A DNA stretch of 64,000 bases from Cystobasidiomycetes sp. EMM_F5. Taxonomy: Eukaryota. The stretch is from positions 124,001 to 188,000 of the forward strand of contig JBPGPT010000018.1 in assembly GCA_051047955.1 (NCBI GenBank), in the 5' to 3' direction. The translations under genes were made by a program, and so were the position numbers. A model generated the notes under the pieces. It was not told the DNA's origin. It did no database searches and saw nothing but the letters and a program-made list of their open reading frames with translations. This document shows, piece by piece, positions 13,382 through 25,461 of the stretch (positions are counted from its first letter, which is position 1; every line of letters begins with the position of its first letter).

Positions 13382-14601
13382 CTAGACTGCCAACGGGGCG
13401 TACTTTGCAAGTACTGATGTCAAGGTGTAGAAGGGGCTCGATGAATTGGTGCTTATCTCCAGATCACCAGGACTTCCCCAGCTCGTCCAACCGAACCAGA
13501 CATCGCTATTGTTGCCTAGAAACGGGAGGAAGTTGTCGTAGAGCGCAGTGCACTCCTTGCAGGGAGCTCCGCCAAACTCTGTGATGATACCTTTGGCACC
13601 GGTGCTTCGAAGAAACTTGGTGACATTCGTAAATACTTCCGAGAAGGTTGACCAGGGCTCGCAGACGCCGTATGCTCCCCCATCATCGTCGAAATACTGA
13701 TGAAAGTCGTACAGGAGAAATTGATCACCGGAATTTGACCCTTGGAAGAGCGGCGCCAGCGCCGCTTGCGAGTATGTGTGCCAGTCTGTCAACCGCGCAA
13801 ATTGTGTTCCATCGATCAGGATGTAATTCTGCGGGGCTACCTGGCGGATTGCAGCAATAACTTTGGCATTTGTGGCAGCCCATAACGTAACATTGAGGTC
13901 GTGCGCTGTGAAAGGTTTCAGACAAGATCCTGTATCCCTTTCGGACATAACACGCACGTTCATTCATGAGCTGAAACATTACTCTGGGGTTGTTCCGGTA
14001 GTGCAGCGCCAGCTGGGTCCACAAGTTGATGAAGTCGTCGTCCGTCACGTTTGCAGTCGCTTCTGGAAACGAGTTCTGGGGTTGACCAATGATGGTACAA
14101 TACCACCGGGCGTAGTTGTGCTTCAGGCCACAATGTCAGTCCCACAGCACAAACGAGATGAGACCGGCGCTTACAATGTCTACTATAGCCATGCTATCGT
14201 TGCCAGTGATTGTCTCGATGAGCTGGTCCAGTCCGGTCAGAGTAGTCTGATTGAGCGGACCCGATAGATTGGTCTGTATATGCTGCCACCCAACCGGCAA
14301 ACGAAACAGGTTGAAACCTAGTGCCCGCCACTCGTAGTAGTCGGCATCTGTGTTGAAGAAAGGATACGCAGCGTAGCTTGCGTTGCAGTTGCCAGACTCG
14401 AACAGGCTATACGCGGATCCCAGAATGCTAACATCGTTGGCGAGTCCGTACAAGTTCACGCTGAGGATACGATATCATCAGCTCAGCTCAGCCGAAGCAA
14501 AGAGCTGGTATCGCTTACCCCGCATATCTAACTTGCGCACGTGCAGCAGACATTATCGCAAGAGCGGCCATAAGTAAGTTAATCCGTAAGAGGTTCAGCA
14601 T
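13382..14601 (-). CDS. Secreted glycoside hydrolase family 5 endoglucanase (no CBM seen)
   Basis: Signal peptide MLNLLRINLLMAALAIMSAARA; GFNLFRLPVGWQ; IVDIHNYARW; acid/base motif LMNEP (across an intron); YDFHQYFD; nucleophile ITEFGG. Confidence 0.9.
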
Positions 14602-14727
14602 GGCTTATCCAACACAAATAACGGGATGGTGTGAAAGTAATCAAAGAGTATCCGAAAGCACGGTCTCTTCCTCTTCATGCTTCCGCATCATGATGGATCA
14701 GTCGAATCCCAAATTGGTCGGAACCGG

Positions 14728-14762
14728 CGTCAGCGGCTCCGAACACGTCAGCGGTTCCGAAC
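14728..14762. repeat. 17-bp direct repeat x2 (cgtcagcggYtccgaac) in the GH5 promoter
   Basis: 14728-14744 and 14746-14762 differ at one base. tcggaaccg (14718-14726) is the reverse complement of cggttccga (14752-14760). Confidence 0.7.
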
Positions 14763-15092
14763 TCGAGCACCTTCAAGTTTTACATAATTAGCTCTCCGAA
14801 CGCGCCAACAAAGCAAAGTGGTCGAGTCGAATCCGTACCATATGCATTCCATCTGTTTGTGTTCTGCAACAATAATTGGAGGATTCAAGTCCCGCGGTCC
14901 TCGCCGATGGCATTCATCCGTAACGAGGTTATGCTGGATATCCTGGTCTGGTGAAGCAATGCATCAAAATACAGCAGCAGGGAGTTGAACTAAGCAGCAT
15001 TACTGTATTTAAGCGATCCTGCCGCTGTGGAAGGTGTCGAGATGTCACCATCGATGTAAGACGGGACATGCGGTGTCTCACAATCCGGCAGA

Positions 15093-17254
15093 TTACTCTT
15101 CCCCGTCATGGCTATCGCAACTCTTTCCTTCATCGTTGTTTCCATTTTCCTCTACCTTGTCTGCATCATCTGCATCATCGCCATCTTCCCTTTTCTTCGA
15201 CTTCCTGCCCTTGCCCTTTGCCTTACTTCCGGATGCTACACCATTCGCTGCCTTCTTTTCCGCTCTAGCTTTCGCAGCTTCTTCCTTTCTCTTTTCCGCA
15301 GCCTTTGCCTTCTTTTCCTTGTAATCTGCCACGATAGAATTGATGTTTCCCGATAGGAGGTCAATGCGCTCGTTCGTCTCGCCGAGAGGTACCTCTTCAA
15401 GAGCGTGCAGCAGCTCAATCTCCATCTTCCACGTGCTTGCGCCCAGTGACAGTGACAAATCCGCCTCTGGCTCGGTACTGCCAGATGCATCCTGACGATC
15501 CGCCTCACTCTTCTCAATCTCCTTCTCGTCCACTACCATCTTCTTGCTCGAACCTGGAGCGTCTAGATTCAAGCTTCCTTGCAGCATGGGCGTCTCTAGA
15601 ATGAAAGGTAGGCCATCAAAGCGGGGATCCTGCATCAAGCATTGGAAGCCCAGTAGTCCAATCTGTCCAGCGCCTAACATCTTGTCAATCAGTAGCCGAC
15701 CAAGCAGAGTCAAGTCGTACTTACCTATGTTCGCGTGTAAGTCGCGGTGTTCGCCAAGTCCCTTTTCTGAATCATTGACATGGAAGGCCTTGATGTAGTT
15801 CAAGCCAACAATTCGGTCAAAATCTGCCATCGTCTTATCGTACGCTTCCTTTGTGCGAAGATCATAACCGCTCGCAAAGCTGTGACAAGTATCGATACAT
15901 ACTCCAATGCGCGATTTGTCGGTTACTAGTGCAATGATAGCAGCCAGATCTTCAAAGGTGTTACCAATCGTGTTGTTGCCGTGCGCCATGTTCTCCAGCA
16001 GTACAATTACGAATTCGGTTTCTTTGTGAGCGTTGTTGATGCATTCGGCAAGCTGTGCGTAGGCAAACCTAGCATCGAAAGACTGTCAGGATCAATCGTT
16101 GGATCATCCATACTTGCCACTCACTCTCGAGTGCATTGACCGGTGGTTGTACCGGGACTGGACGCACAGACCCTCAGCTGTGATCTTGAAACGGACGACA
16201 CGCAACATACTGAAAGTTGAACAAGCCGATACCGAGCGCTTCGGTCCTCTTCAGCTCTTCCACAAAATTCGCGTAACTCTTGTCTTTTGCTTCCTTGCTT
16301 GGATTACACATGTTTGTCAGATACGACCCGTGGGGTACGATGTGTCGTTTTGCATCAAAGCCAATGCCATCGCCCAGCTGCACTGTCTCAAAATTACCCT
16401 CCGCGTCTGGGATGGTCTCAGATTGCCCTTTGCACCGTAAAGGAAAGAGATGCAACGAGTCCTCGGCGAGCGGTGCGCTTTTCCACGTCTTCTGATTTTC
16501 TATGGGTTGATAATCAGTGGCCTGTCTTTGAGTACCAAAGAGTGAATGAGATCTGACTGGTGAACATGCCAAAAGCTTTGGCACCGAGGCGTAATGCGCT
16601 GTGAGGAGCGTAGTGGGCGCCGCCTGCAGAGGATATTAGCTGGGTCTCCTGTCATACGGCCGCCAAAGTGTATACCTGAAATTGATACATGCGATCCTAC
16701 AAACTTCCTGTGATGTACGTTGCTCTCGTCAGCACGCAGATTTGCTGTCAGCGGATGAGAACGTACTTTGACTGGTGATTTCGAAGTGGATATATCATTG
16801 ACGGCAGAGCTGGGCCCTTATACTTCTTCACTCGGGGTGTGCTCGACGTCCCCTTCGCTTTCCGTTTACGCTTAGGTTTCCCCGCGTCAGCCTGTACGCC
16901 CTCTTCACCATCGTTATCGACATCGGCTTCGGAGTCAGATTTGACAGCTTTTCGCTTGCTGCTCCGTTTCGTTGTTACTTTGACTTGAACACCATTCTCG
17001 TCATCGCCCGCTTCAGTCTTGACCATCTCAACGTTGTTATCTGCCGTTGTTTCCATTTTCATCTTGGCTTTACCCTTGCCATTTGACGTTTCCGACAATC
17101 CATTTAAAGGCCCAGCAGTCGATACCTTGCTGCGTTCCAATAGTCTCACTTCTTCTTCTTCCTCTACGACTGCTTCATCCTTGACCTTCGTCCTTCTTCG
17201 AGGAATGCTCCTGAATGACGGCCCAGCAGCATCAGAGCGCAGTGAGCGGGCCAT
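15093..17254 (-). CDS. APN1: AP endonuclease (endonuclease IV family) with basic N- and C-terminal tails
   Basis: VGSHVS; PHGSYLTNMCNP; LLENMAHGNNTIG; CIDTCHSFASG; HVNDS; DLHANIG; ILETP. Confidence 0.93.
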
Positions 17255-17503
17255 GCTCCTCGTCAACGCAGCTGCTCCGATGAGCTGCGTACGCCGTATT
17301 AGCGCAGTCAGTCGGGGAAGATTCAGATTGACGGTCCAGTGTTGGGCAATAGTATCGGACACCGTTGACCTCAGCAAAGCAAAGCAATTGAAAAGCCTGG
17401 TCACAACAACGTGCTTCTGGCGACGAGTAACGGCTGCAAAGAGGTACCTCACCTCGAAATCCGTCCTGGACACGCTCGTACTGATTGATGTCCTGAGAAC
17501 CCA

Positions 17504-20500
17504 TCATTGTTTCTCCGCAATAGGCACTTGCGAGTCCACAATCTCCCAACAACCTCCAGCGTCGCTCCTCTCCGCCTTGGCAACCTTGCTGACGCTAGCT
17601 GCAATCTGTCTTTGAATGGCAGCATTTGCAACCCGTTTGCCTTCGAAGGCTGCAGTGAGCTCTTTCGTGAGGTCCGCTTTCGTGCCAGCCTGAGATGCTT
17701 GTACAGTTGCAACGAACAATTGCATCAGGTCTGCAGGTACCATCGGTTTCTTGGCCGATAGTACATTCTTCTCGCCCGGTCTTGCGGTAGAGGTGGCAAC
17801 ACCGGGATTGCCTGAGGAAGCTTGCGAAGAAGTCGTGTTGGATTTGAGGTGAACCTTAACACGCTTCTCGACAAATGCGAAAGGATCTAGAGGTGCAGCT
17901 ACGGAACACGGGATAAGTAGGAGACACGCAACTGTATGAAGCAAAGTCCTCACCCGGGGTAGCAACACAGAGCATCTGCATCTTGAAGGTAGCAAACTTC
18001 TTGGCAGTGTCGTTTCGTTTGACATTGGCTTCTTCGTCTTCCCAACAAGGTCCCATTATGACAGCAGACAATGGAACAGCTTGCTTCTTGCGCTTGACCT
18101 GACTCTTGACGGTCTTTTTGGCTGCGTTGATGGCAGCCGAGAATGGCGAGGTCTCATCCACCTCGTCCGTGTTCAGCAGAGCAGCATCATCGCCGTACCC
18201 TTCCGTCACTTCAATCTGTTCGTCGTCGCCAGCGAGCCATTCATCCATTTGGTACTCGTTCTCGTCGGTAGACTCCCCATCAGCGCCATCGTCCTCACAA
18301 TCTTCATACGTATTCGGATCTTCCTCCATCCATTCCGCCTCCGAGTCATAGTCGTAGTCTAGTACCTCGCTGTCCTGATGGAATGGGCGTCTTCCAGATA
18401 CGTTTGCCGACTTTTTTGTCCATGTGCCATGGTAGCCTGGACGAGCGTCCGTGCTGAATTTCAAAAGCTTCATGACGACTTTCTGCGGATTTCGCAAAGT
18501 GCCGAGCAACCTGTTGTACTCTTGGATATTACCCAAGAGATCGTGTTCGGTCATCTCCTTCACCAGCTCTGCGACTGAGTACTGTTCTCTATCTTTGGCT
18601 GGCTTTTTGGAAGGGATGCGAAATTTTTCAGCTCTTTCCACGAATTCCGTAATTGATCCTACAGGACAATGGTCACTTGTGAGCATACTTCAAACAACGA
18701 GACATCTGCACTTACCCTGTGCGGTCCAACTGGAAGCACCGTCAACATCCATTCCATCTGTTTGAGCTCGGACAGCCAGTATGGGAGCTCCATTTCCACC
18801 TGCCGCAAAGCGATTGGGCGGAGCGAGGGTGACATGGTTGCGCACGTAGAAAGGTTTGAATGTGCGCCAATAATCTTGATTCGAAGCGGTCTCTGCAACA
18901 GGTCGTACAGCAGATGACGATGACGGTAATCCCTCGGCACAAGATGGCGTCCCCGACGTGCTGGGCGATTCGGCCTTGATGCCGAATCCAGAATCTCGTG
19001 CTGGTGTTTCAACTGCATGTGTCGGTCTATCGAGGGCTTCAACGGGAGATGTGCCACTCTTGGCCAGCCAGGCACCAAAGGCATTCTTCTGCTTTTTAGC
19101 AATCTGGCACGAGTCATAATGCGATGAGTACAGTTCGCAAGGGACGTGATTGACAGCTCACCTCGGCCTTCTTGCGTTCCTTCTCCTCCTTTTCCGCCTT
19201 TTCAGCTACCTTTACCGCCTTTTTGGCTTCAATTTCAGCCTTCTTTGCGGCAGTTTCGGCCTTCTTTATTGCAAGTGCAGCCTTCTTCTCTTCCTTGACT
19301 CGCTCCTTCTCTTCTTTGTCAGCTTGCTCTTCGGCCGTCAGCTCTTTCTGCAAAGCGGATGTCAAAGTTCAGCTTGGTACCGCACAGACCCTCCCTGCAT
19401 TTACTGACCTTTGGCTTGCCGGGCTTCTTCTTTGTACTGCTTTCGGCTCCGGTTTCTGAATCTTCAGCTTGCGCTGCATTCTTTGTGAATGCCTTGGCTT
19501 TCGATAAAGGCTTCTTTGAGGGAGTCTCCACATCGTCCTCTTCCTTGACTGTAGCGGCTTTCTTACCCTTCTCGAGCGTCGCAATAGTCGTCTTGATACC
19601 TTTGGTAAGGATTGCTACCTTTTCTTCCTCTGGCAAGCTCGCAAGCAGTTCCCTCGCTGCAGCTCTTGCTCCTTTTCTCTCTGCAAGCCTGGTAGACATC
19701 TTCTGTCGCATATCCTCGGGGAGATGGGGCAGAATCGTGTCTGCAGCTTCAGGCTTCAATTCCCATCGCCATAGGCGTAAAGAGGTAGGGACGACATGAT
19801 AGCCTTCCGGCAAGTCTCGATCGTCAGGATCATCACTCGAAGAATCGCGAAAGCCGTGGTTGACGCGTTCAGCAATTTGCTTGATAGTCGCGGCAATGAC
19901 GGTGTTGGGCAGTTGATCTTTGATGTCACGAGTCAGCTTGTGTCTGCTGACAATGAATGTCATCCCACTTACCAAAGGCTGGAATCTGGCTCATTTCCTC
20001 CTCGTCCTCATCTTCGGCTGGGACCGGTGCCAAGTTCGATTTCAGACTCTTTACGAGCTCTGAGTGGGTCTTGTCGCTGATTAAGCAAATTTATGTCAGT
20101 CGCTTTACAGAATCGTAACAATTATGCTTGTCGCGTTACTTACGACTCGAGGAGCAACAAGGCGACAAGCGGGAAATGTTCTTGGGGAATTGCATCTGGA
20201 GAATCCTCCAAAGCCTCTATAAATTCCCGCCAAGATACTTGTTCTGCGATGTGAGATGTAGCATACTTTCAGCCTAAATTTTACAGTCTTGTTTCACAGT
20301 TCTCTCACGTTTGTATGCGTATGTATGACGACTCCAATCGTGTTTTGACTGCTTTAGTACCAATTTGTGATTCTTGAACTCGATGTTGCCGTTGGTGTGA
20401 ACTGATTCTGCGTGCACATAAACGTCAACGAAGGCGAATTGGAGGAGAATGAGGTCGGACTTGCCATGCTTTGCTTTCTTGGGGGCAGTTGGCCTGCTCG

Positions 20501-20896
20501 TGACATTGACACAATCGTCGTCGTCCTCGTCTTTGACGGCATGTGTCCCTGATGGCGCTGCGTGCGCAATTCAGACGCTTGAAATCTGAGTGGCAGCATA
20601 CATCAATCTTACCCAGTGCTTTGCGTTTCCCTGACATCTTCTTGCTGATTTCAGCGTTGCCCTTTCCGATCTTGGATTTCTTGCCGGGCTTGACAGCTGC
20701 TGCGCTGGAATCGTTCTCGTCGACGGCCATATCGTCTAGTACACGACTTGATGAGCATGGGGTCATCAAGACATTCACACCACCCACCACCGCTGTCCAG
20801 GCTGATGATTTCTCGCTCCTTGTTTACGCGTTCCTCCCCTGCCGAGTCCGGCGAGCTGGCCATCGAGTCCATGGACGTCGAGGCGCACGACGACAT
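17504..20896 (-). CDS. CAC1: Chromatin assembly factor 1 large subunit (Cac1/Rlf2/p150)
   Basis: KER-rich coiled coil; KLLKFSTDARPGYHGTW...LDYDYDSEAEW followed by an acidic ED region; C-terminal winged-helix-like segment. Multi-exon. Confidence 0.88.
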
Positions 20897-20990
20897 GTTG
20901 TTGAATAGCCTACTCTTGAGTCAGGTAATCGCAGCCAGTCGGAGCAGTAATCAGTCAAGTCGCAAGCAGTCGTCGCAAATCAACATTGGA

Positions 20991-21010
20991 ACGCGTAAAG
21001 CCGATCGCGT
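20991..21010. promoter_or_regulatory. MCB element (ACGCGT) plus CGCGT in the divergent CAC1/RAD51D-like promoter
   Basis: acgcgt at 20991-20996 and cgcgt at 21006-21010, in a 220-nt gap between head-to-head replication/repair genes. Confidence 0.45.
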
Positions 21011-21116
21011 CAACTGTTGTGATGTACAGTTATGCACACTGCCCTTGGTCTCCTGCCAACTGACCAGATGACCGCTGACACTGACTCGCTGCTGACATGG
21101 TATCGCATAGCCAGTC

Positions 21117-22713
21117 ATGGTCCAGCTGTCCATCCTCGCTCCCGTGCTCATGCCTGACGAAGCTGCGGATATCCTGTCGGAATTGGAAGAAAAGAGCATC
21201 TCTACAGCCCAAGACTTGCTCTTCACCTCTTCGGTACTGTCAGTGAGGGCACAGCAATTCAAAAATCAAGTCCAAGCGTACCTCGCCGCTGAGGGAAGGT
21301 CGGGCGACAAGGCATACGAGGAGGCAGCCACCGCTTCAGACCGCCAGCAGATTGTCACTGGCATACCTGATCTCGACACAAAGCTACTGGAAGGCGGTTT
21401 CGACGGCGGGGATGTGGTGGAGATATTGGGAGATGCAGCCGCGGGCACGACATACGTATGCACTCTGGTCTTTTCGCATCGGACATGCCTCACCTAACGC
21501 TCGCTTGATAGCTGTGCATGCGTACTGTACTGAAGCACCTTTTGGAGCACAAGGCAAGCTATGCGCTCTGGCTCGATACAAGCGGAAGTTTCTCCGCCGA
21601 AAAGGCTAGTTACATACTGGAGACCCTGTCCGCATCCAGCGCAGACGACCTGCAGAATGTTTCACAAAGCAAAGGATATTCTGCACTCGATCGACTGATT
21701 GTAGCACGAACGCTCGATCTATCTACCGCAGCACAGTCAATACAAAGCATCAGACGTTCGGGGTTCCCTGGCTTTGCCGAGTCTAGCGATCCCGCAATCA
21801 AGGCGGATGATGAGAGCCACGAGTTTGAAGAGCGTATCCAAGAGGGAAGCTCAGACGCAGACGCTGTATATCAGGCAGGATCGGGTGTGCCTGCCGCACA
21901 GACCTCCGCAATGACAGCCTTCATACCTGCTTCACAGGTCGCGGCTGTGCAATCCGGACAATCTGAAGCCCCACTCACAGACCATAGAGGACAGATTGCG
22001 GTTGGGGACGACCTTCCAGCAACCCGCGAGCCCGCGTCAATCGTCACTGCGGAAAAGACAAAGCAGAAGCTTGACCACGGAGCTGCGGCGGAGACCGAGG
22101 GTATAGGAAAAGAGACCAGGCATCTATCTCTGGTAGTCATTGACGGAATTACGCCGTTGATTAAGGGAATCCTGAGCGGCGTCACTGCCGAGGGTGAGCT
22201 TGCCAGTCTCGACAGCTTTTCACAAACGAGTGCTGATTATATTGATGGGAATTGGTCGTTGTTTGGTGCTCAGGCCACGCTCGCATGACAGCCTTCATGC
22301 GACTTTTACGATCTACCGCAAATGAAGGCTGTGTCGTGCTCCTGACCAATACTTTGACGACTGCATATTCTGACATCAACGCAGCCAATCGACCCATTCC
22401 GATCAATCCGTATACCCCCTTCTCAGCATACAACCCAGCCCTCGCGACTCGTAAAGCTTCTCTAGGGCCATCCTTCACTTTTCTGACAGACATCACGCTA
22501 TGCCTCACTCCTGTAGAGGCGTACTTTGACAAGGCTCACATGCGGACTGGAAGAGTACAGCGCGGGGAGAGGGAGATAGTAGTCGAAGTGTGGAGAAGTC
22601 GGCGGACGGTAAGTGAAGGTTTCCTCTGATTGTAGCGTCGTGGAAATCGACGTGCTTTATCACAGCCCGCAGCGAAATGGACTACACTCAAGGCACTGGA
22701 ACAGCATATGTAG
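21117..22713 (+). CDS. RAD51D: RecA/Rad51 paralog, RAD51D-like, with degenerate Walker A
   Basis: TGIPDLDTKLLEGGFDGGDVVEILGDAAAGTT; ALWLDTSGSFS; LVVIDGI; VLLTN; SLGPSFTFLTD; EVWRSR. Three introns; last exon PAAKWTTLKALEQHM*. Confidence 0.75.
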
Positions 22714-22994
22714 GACTGACCAAGTGGGCGCTCTGCGGGAGGAAGCACGTCTCCGCACAGGCATGAACAAAGACTGCGGCTGAAACGCCGAGCAGCGTGA
22801 GGAGACGTTGTCCGCACCAGTGTAGCAGTATACGAGACTGTGTCACTCGCGCGGCGACGCGTACCATTGCCAATCTGCAACCTCGCACGGACCCTGTCCG
22901 CAGATCGGGGCCTGTCGAACCTTCAACCAGGGGGCGCACAGTGTCTTGGTGGAGTACCAATACTGTCTTTGCGGTACATTCACACATCAAAGTA

Positions 22995-25191
22995 ATGGAG
23001 CGACCTCGTACGTGCTGTTGGTTGGACCTTGCCTGATTCAGTGACATACCTGACGTGTCTCGCCGTCCTCAGACAGAGCGGCGGCCGAGAAGGCCAATGC
23101 GGGCATCAAGAAACTGGCAAACGCAGAATTGGAAGAGACCAGACTTGCCATCGAGAAGATCACCAGTACTACTAAAAAACACAAACCAAATGAACCAGCT
23201 CCGACAGGCGTCGATGGTACCGCTGACGGACCCGCCGCCCGAACAGGCCCCCTTTCTGCGTTTGAAACCCTTCCGCTAGAACTCCGTTTAGCAATTTTGC
23301 AACAAGTCGCCGATAGCCCACTTACGGTACTCAGTCTGATGCGTCTGTCAAAGGTCTGGTACGATACTTTCAATCGCGGCGGCGTCGAAGACAGGGTCTG
23401 GGTGAATCTGTGTCGAGAACTGGGAGTCAAGCAACGCTCGGGGCGAGGCAAAAGCTGGCGTACAACATGGTACGCAAACATGCGCCGTAAGTGCCTTGCT
23501 TGTCTTGAAGCAACCAACTTGCGTTTTGGCCCAATATGGACGGATGGAATCGAGTGGGCCGTAGTTTGCTACAACTGTCAAAGCACGGAGGGATACTTCC
23601 AAGTCGTCCCAGATTATCTTGCCGAGGAGAATTGCCGAGCAGAGCTCTCAGATCTGGCAGACCTTCCATTCATAAATCGAGACGGCAGCAAGCGATACTG
23701 GAAAATTGCAGTCCTGGAGGTCGTAAAGAAGCGCAATCTGAGAGAAGCAAGTGAAAACGCTTTGCGCGAAGCAACACTGCGGAGTCTAGGTAAGCGTCGT
23801 CGGGACGCTAGGCGCGCGAACCACTCGGAACGCATGCAAATTGCGAGGGAGCTTAGCATCAACGCTTTCTCTGGCTCTATAGAGGCGCTCAAGGATGCCT
23901 TCCGTGCTGGGGAGGAAAATCGCTATCCTGTATCGCTGGAACTGAACAGCCTGGTGAAAGGAACCTTCGAAGCTGGCATTGACTACGTCAAAGACGACGC
24001 ACATCTCCACTCGATTGTCGAATACCATGCCTGCATCAAGGCTCTCATCGCAAAGGTAAATACTGCCCTGAAGAAGCTTGGCATACCTTGCGATGTGCAC
24101 CTCATAGCTCTTGACAAGACAATCGGACATTGGGCTCACATACAATGGGTCGACTACCTTGCCGATTGCAAAGGTCGAGAGTCCAAAGAGCGCTTTGAGA
24201 GATACATAGATGCTGCAATTCGTGCTTACAAGCCGATTAAAGACCTCGCTGCAAAGAATGCTGAAGAGGCACGTCAAAAGCAGGTTGACGAGCAGATTGC
24301 GTTCTTCTGTGAAATCGTGCCTGGCGTCGGGCCGCATTCAGGTCGGTACTCGAAGAACAGTATCCACTATCTCCAAAACTGCAGGGGCGCGTCACAGCCG
24401 CTCTAGCAAAGTTTGGCAAGAACAGGGATGCGGAGCTTGAGCATATTCTGGAGTACCATCGAAGCGTAAGAGCAGTCGTAAGAGCTGTGGGTGTTGCCTT
24501 GAAAGCTGTAGGTCTGGATCAAGAAAGACACGCTCCCGCGCTGGATCATATCATCGGCAATCATCGGGATGGGTTCGCGGGCGTCTGGATTGATGAACTC
24601 TCCAGCAATACATCTGCGGTATCGATTTCTGACTACATCGGAGCCGCCCTTCAAGTGCGGGAGGATCGCCGATTAGAGGAAGAGAAAAGAGCAGCGGACA
24701 GAATCATTGCTATCGCAGAAGCTGAACGGAACGCCCGGATGAGTGCAATAGTCCACATCATTGCCAAAAGAAACAAACAAGGTTGGAAGAAGAGCCTAAG
24801 AAAGGCGATTCTTCACGAGGAGGAAGGTCGCTATCCGCATTCCCTTGTACTGAAGCAGCTGATGGCACCCGTCATTACTGCAATGAATACGCCGTCAGAT
24901 GAACCGCCAACCCGGGAGTATCTACGTGATGCTGTCTCGTTCTTCAGGGAAATAAAGGAGACGCAAATGGCAAGCCAGCTTGCTCTCAATCGAATTGGGG
25001 CGGCTCCGCGACCATCGTTTCATGACAGTTATCATCTTAACGATGTTTACTTGTCGAAGATGACTGAAGGTGAAGGAAATGGGAGCTCCGCTGGCCCGAA
25101 AACTTGGATAGATGCGCTCGTCAACAAGACTGCCACAATGGACGCGTACGTCGCTGCTTTGCTACGCGCGTCCACCCCTGCCTCTGCGTGA
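22995..25191 (+). CDS. F-box / C4 zinc finger / XPA-like protein, copy 1, with three C-terminal repeats; single-base frame break near 24310
   Basis: Micro first exon MERP plus intron; F-box FETLPLELRLAIL; CLAC..CYNC; three repeats of F.G....L..A....YP.S..L...W.D.L. The second repeat continues in another frame with no intron. Confidence 0.8.
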
Positions 25192-25461
25192 GCAGGAATA
25201 TCATTGGCGTCCAAATTCTGCAGGAGACCGCATTGGAGCGGGATCATCCAAGAAGTAGGTAGGCCATGAAGCAAAGTGAGGGAATCTTCACCAATCAGCA
25301 CACACCATCCAGCATCGTACTTGCTGCGTTTTTGGGTTGTTGTATTGTTGATTGTGACTTGTGCCTGACTCTCGGGCCTCGAGCTCCGTTGTCGTAGCCT
25401 GTCTGCACGCTCTGCTCTGCTTTGTACTAACCAGCGACTTAGACTTGGTGACCATTCCAAT

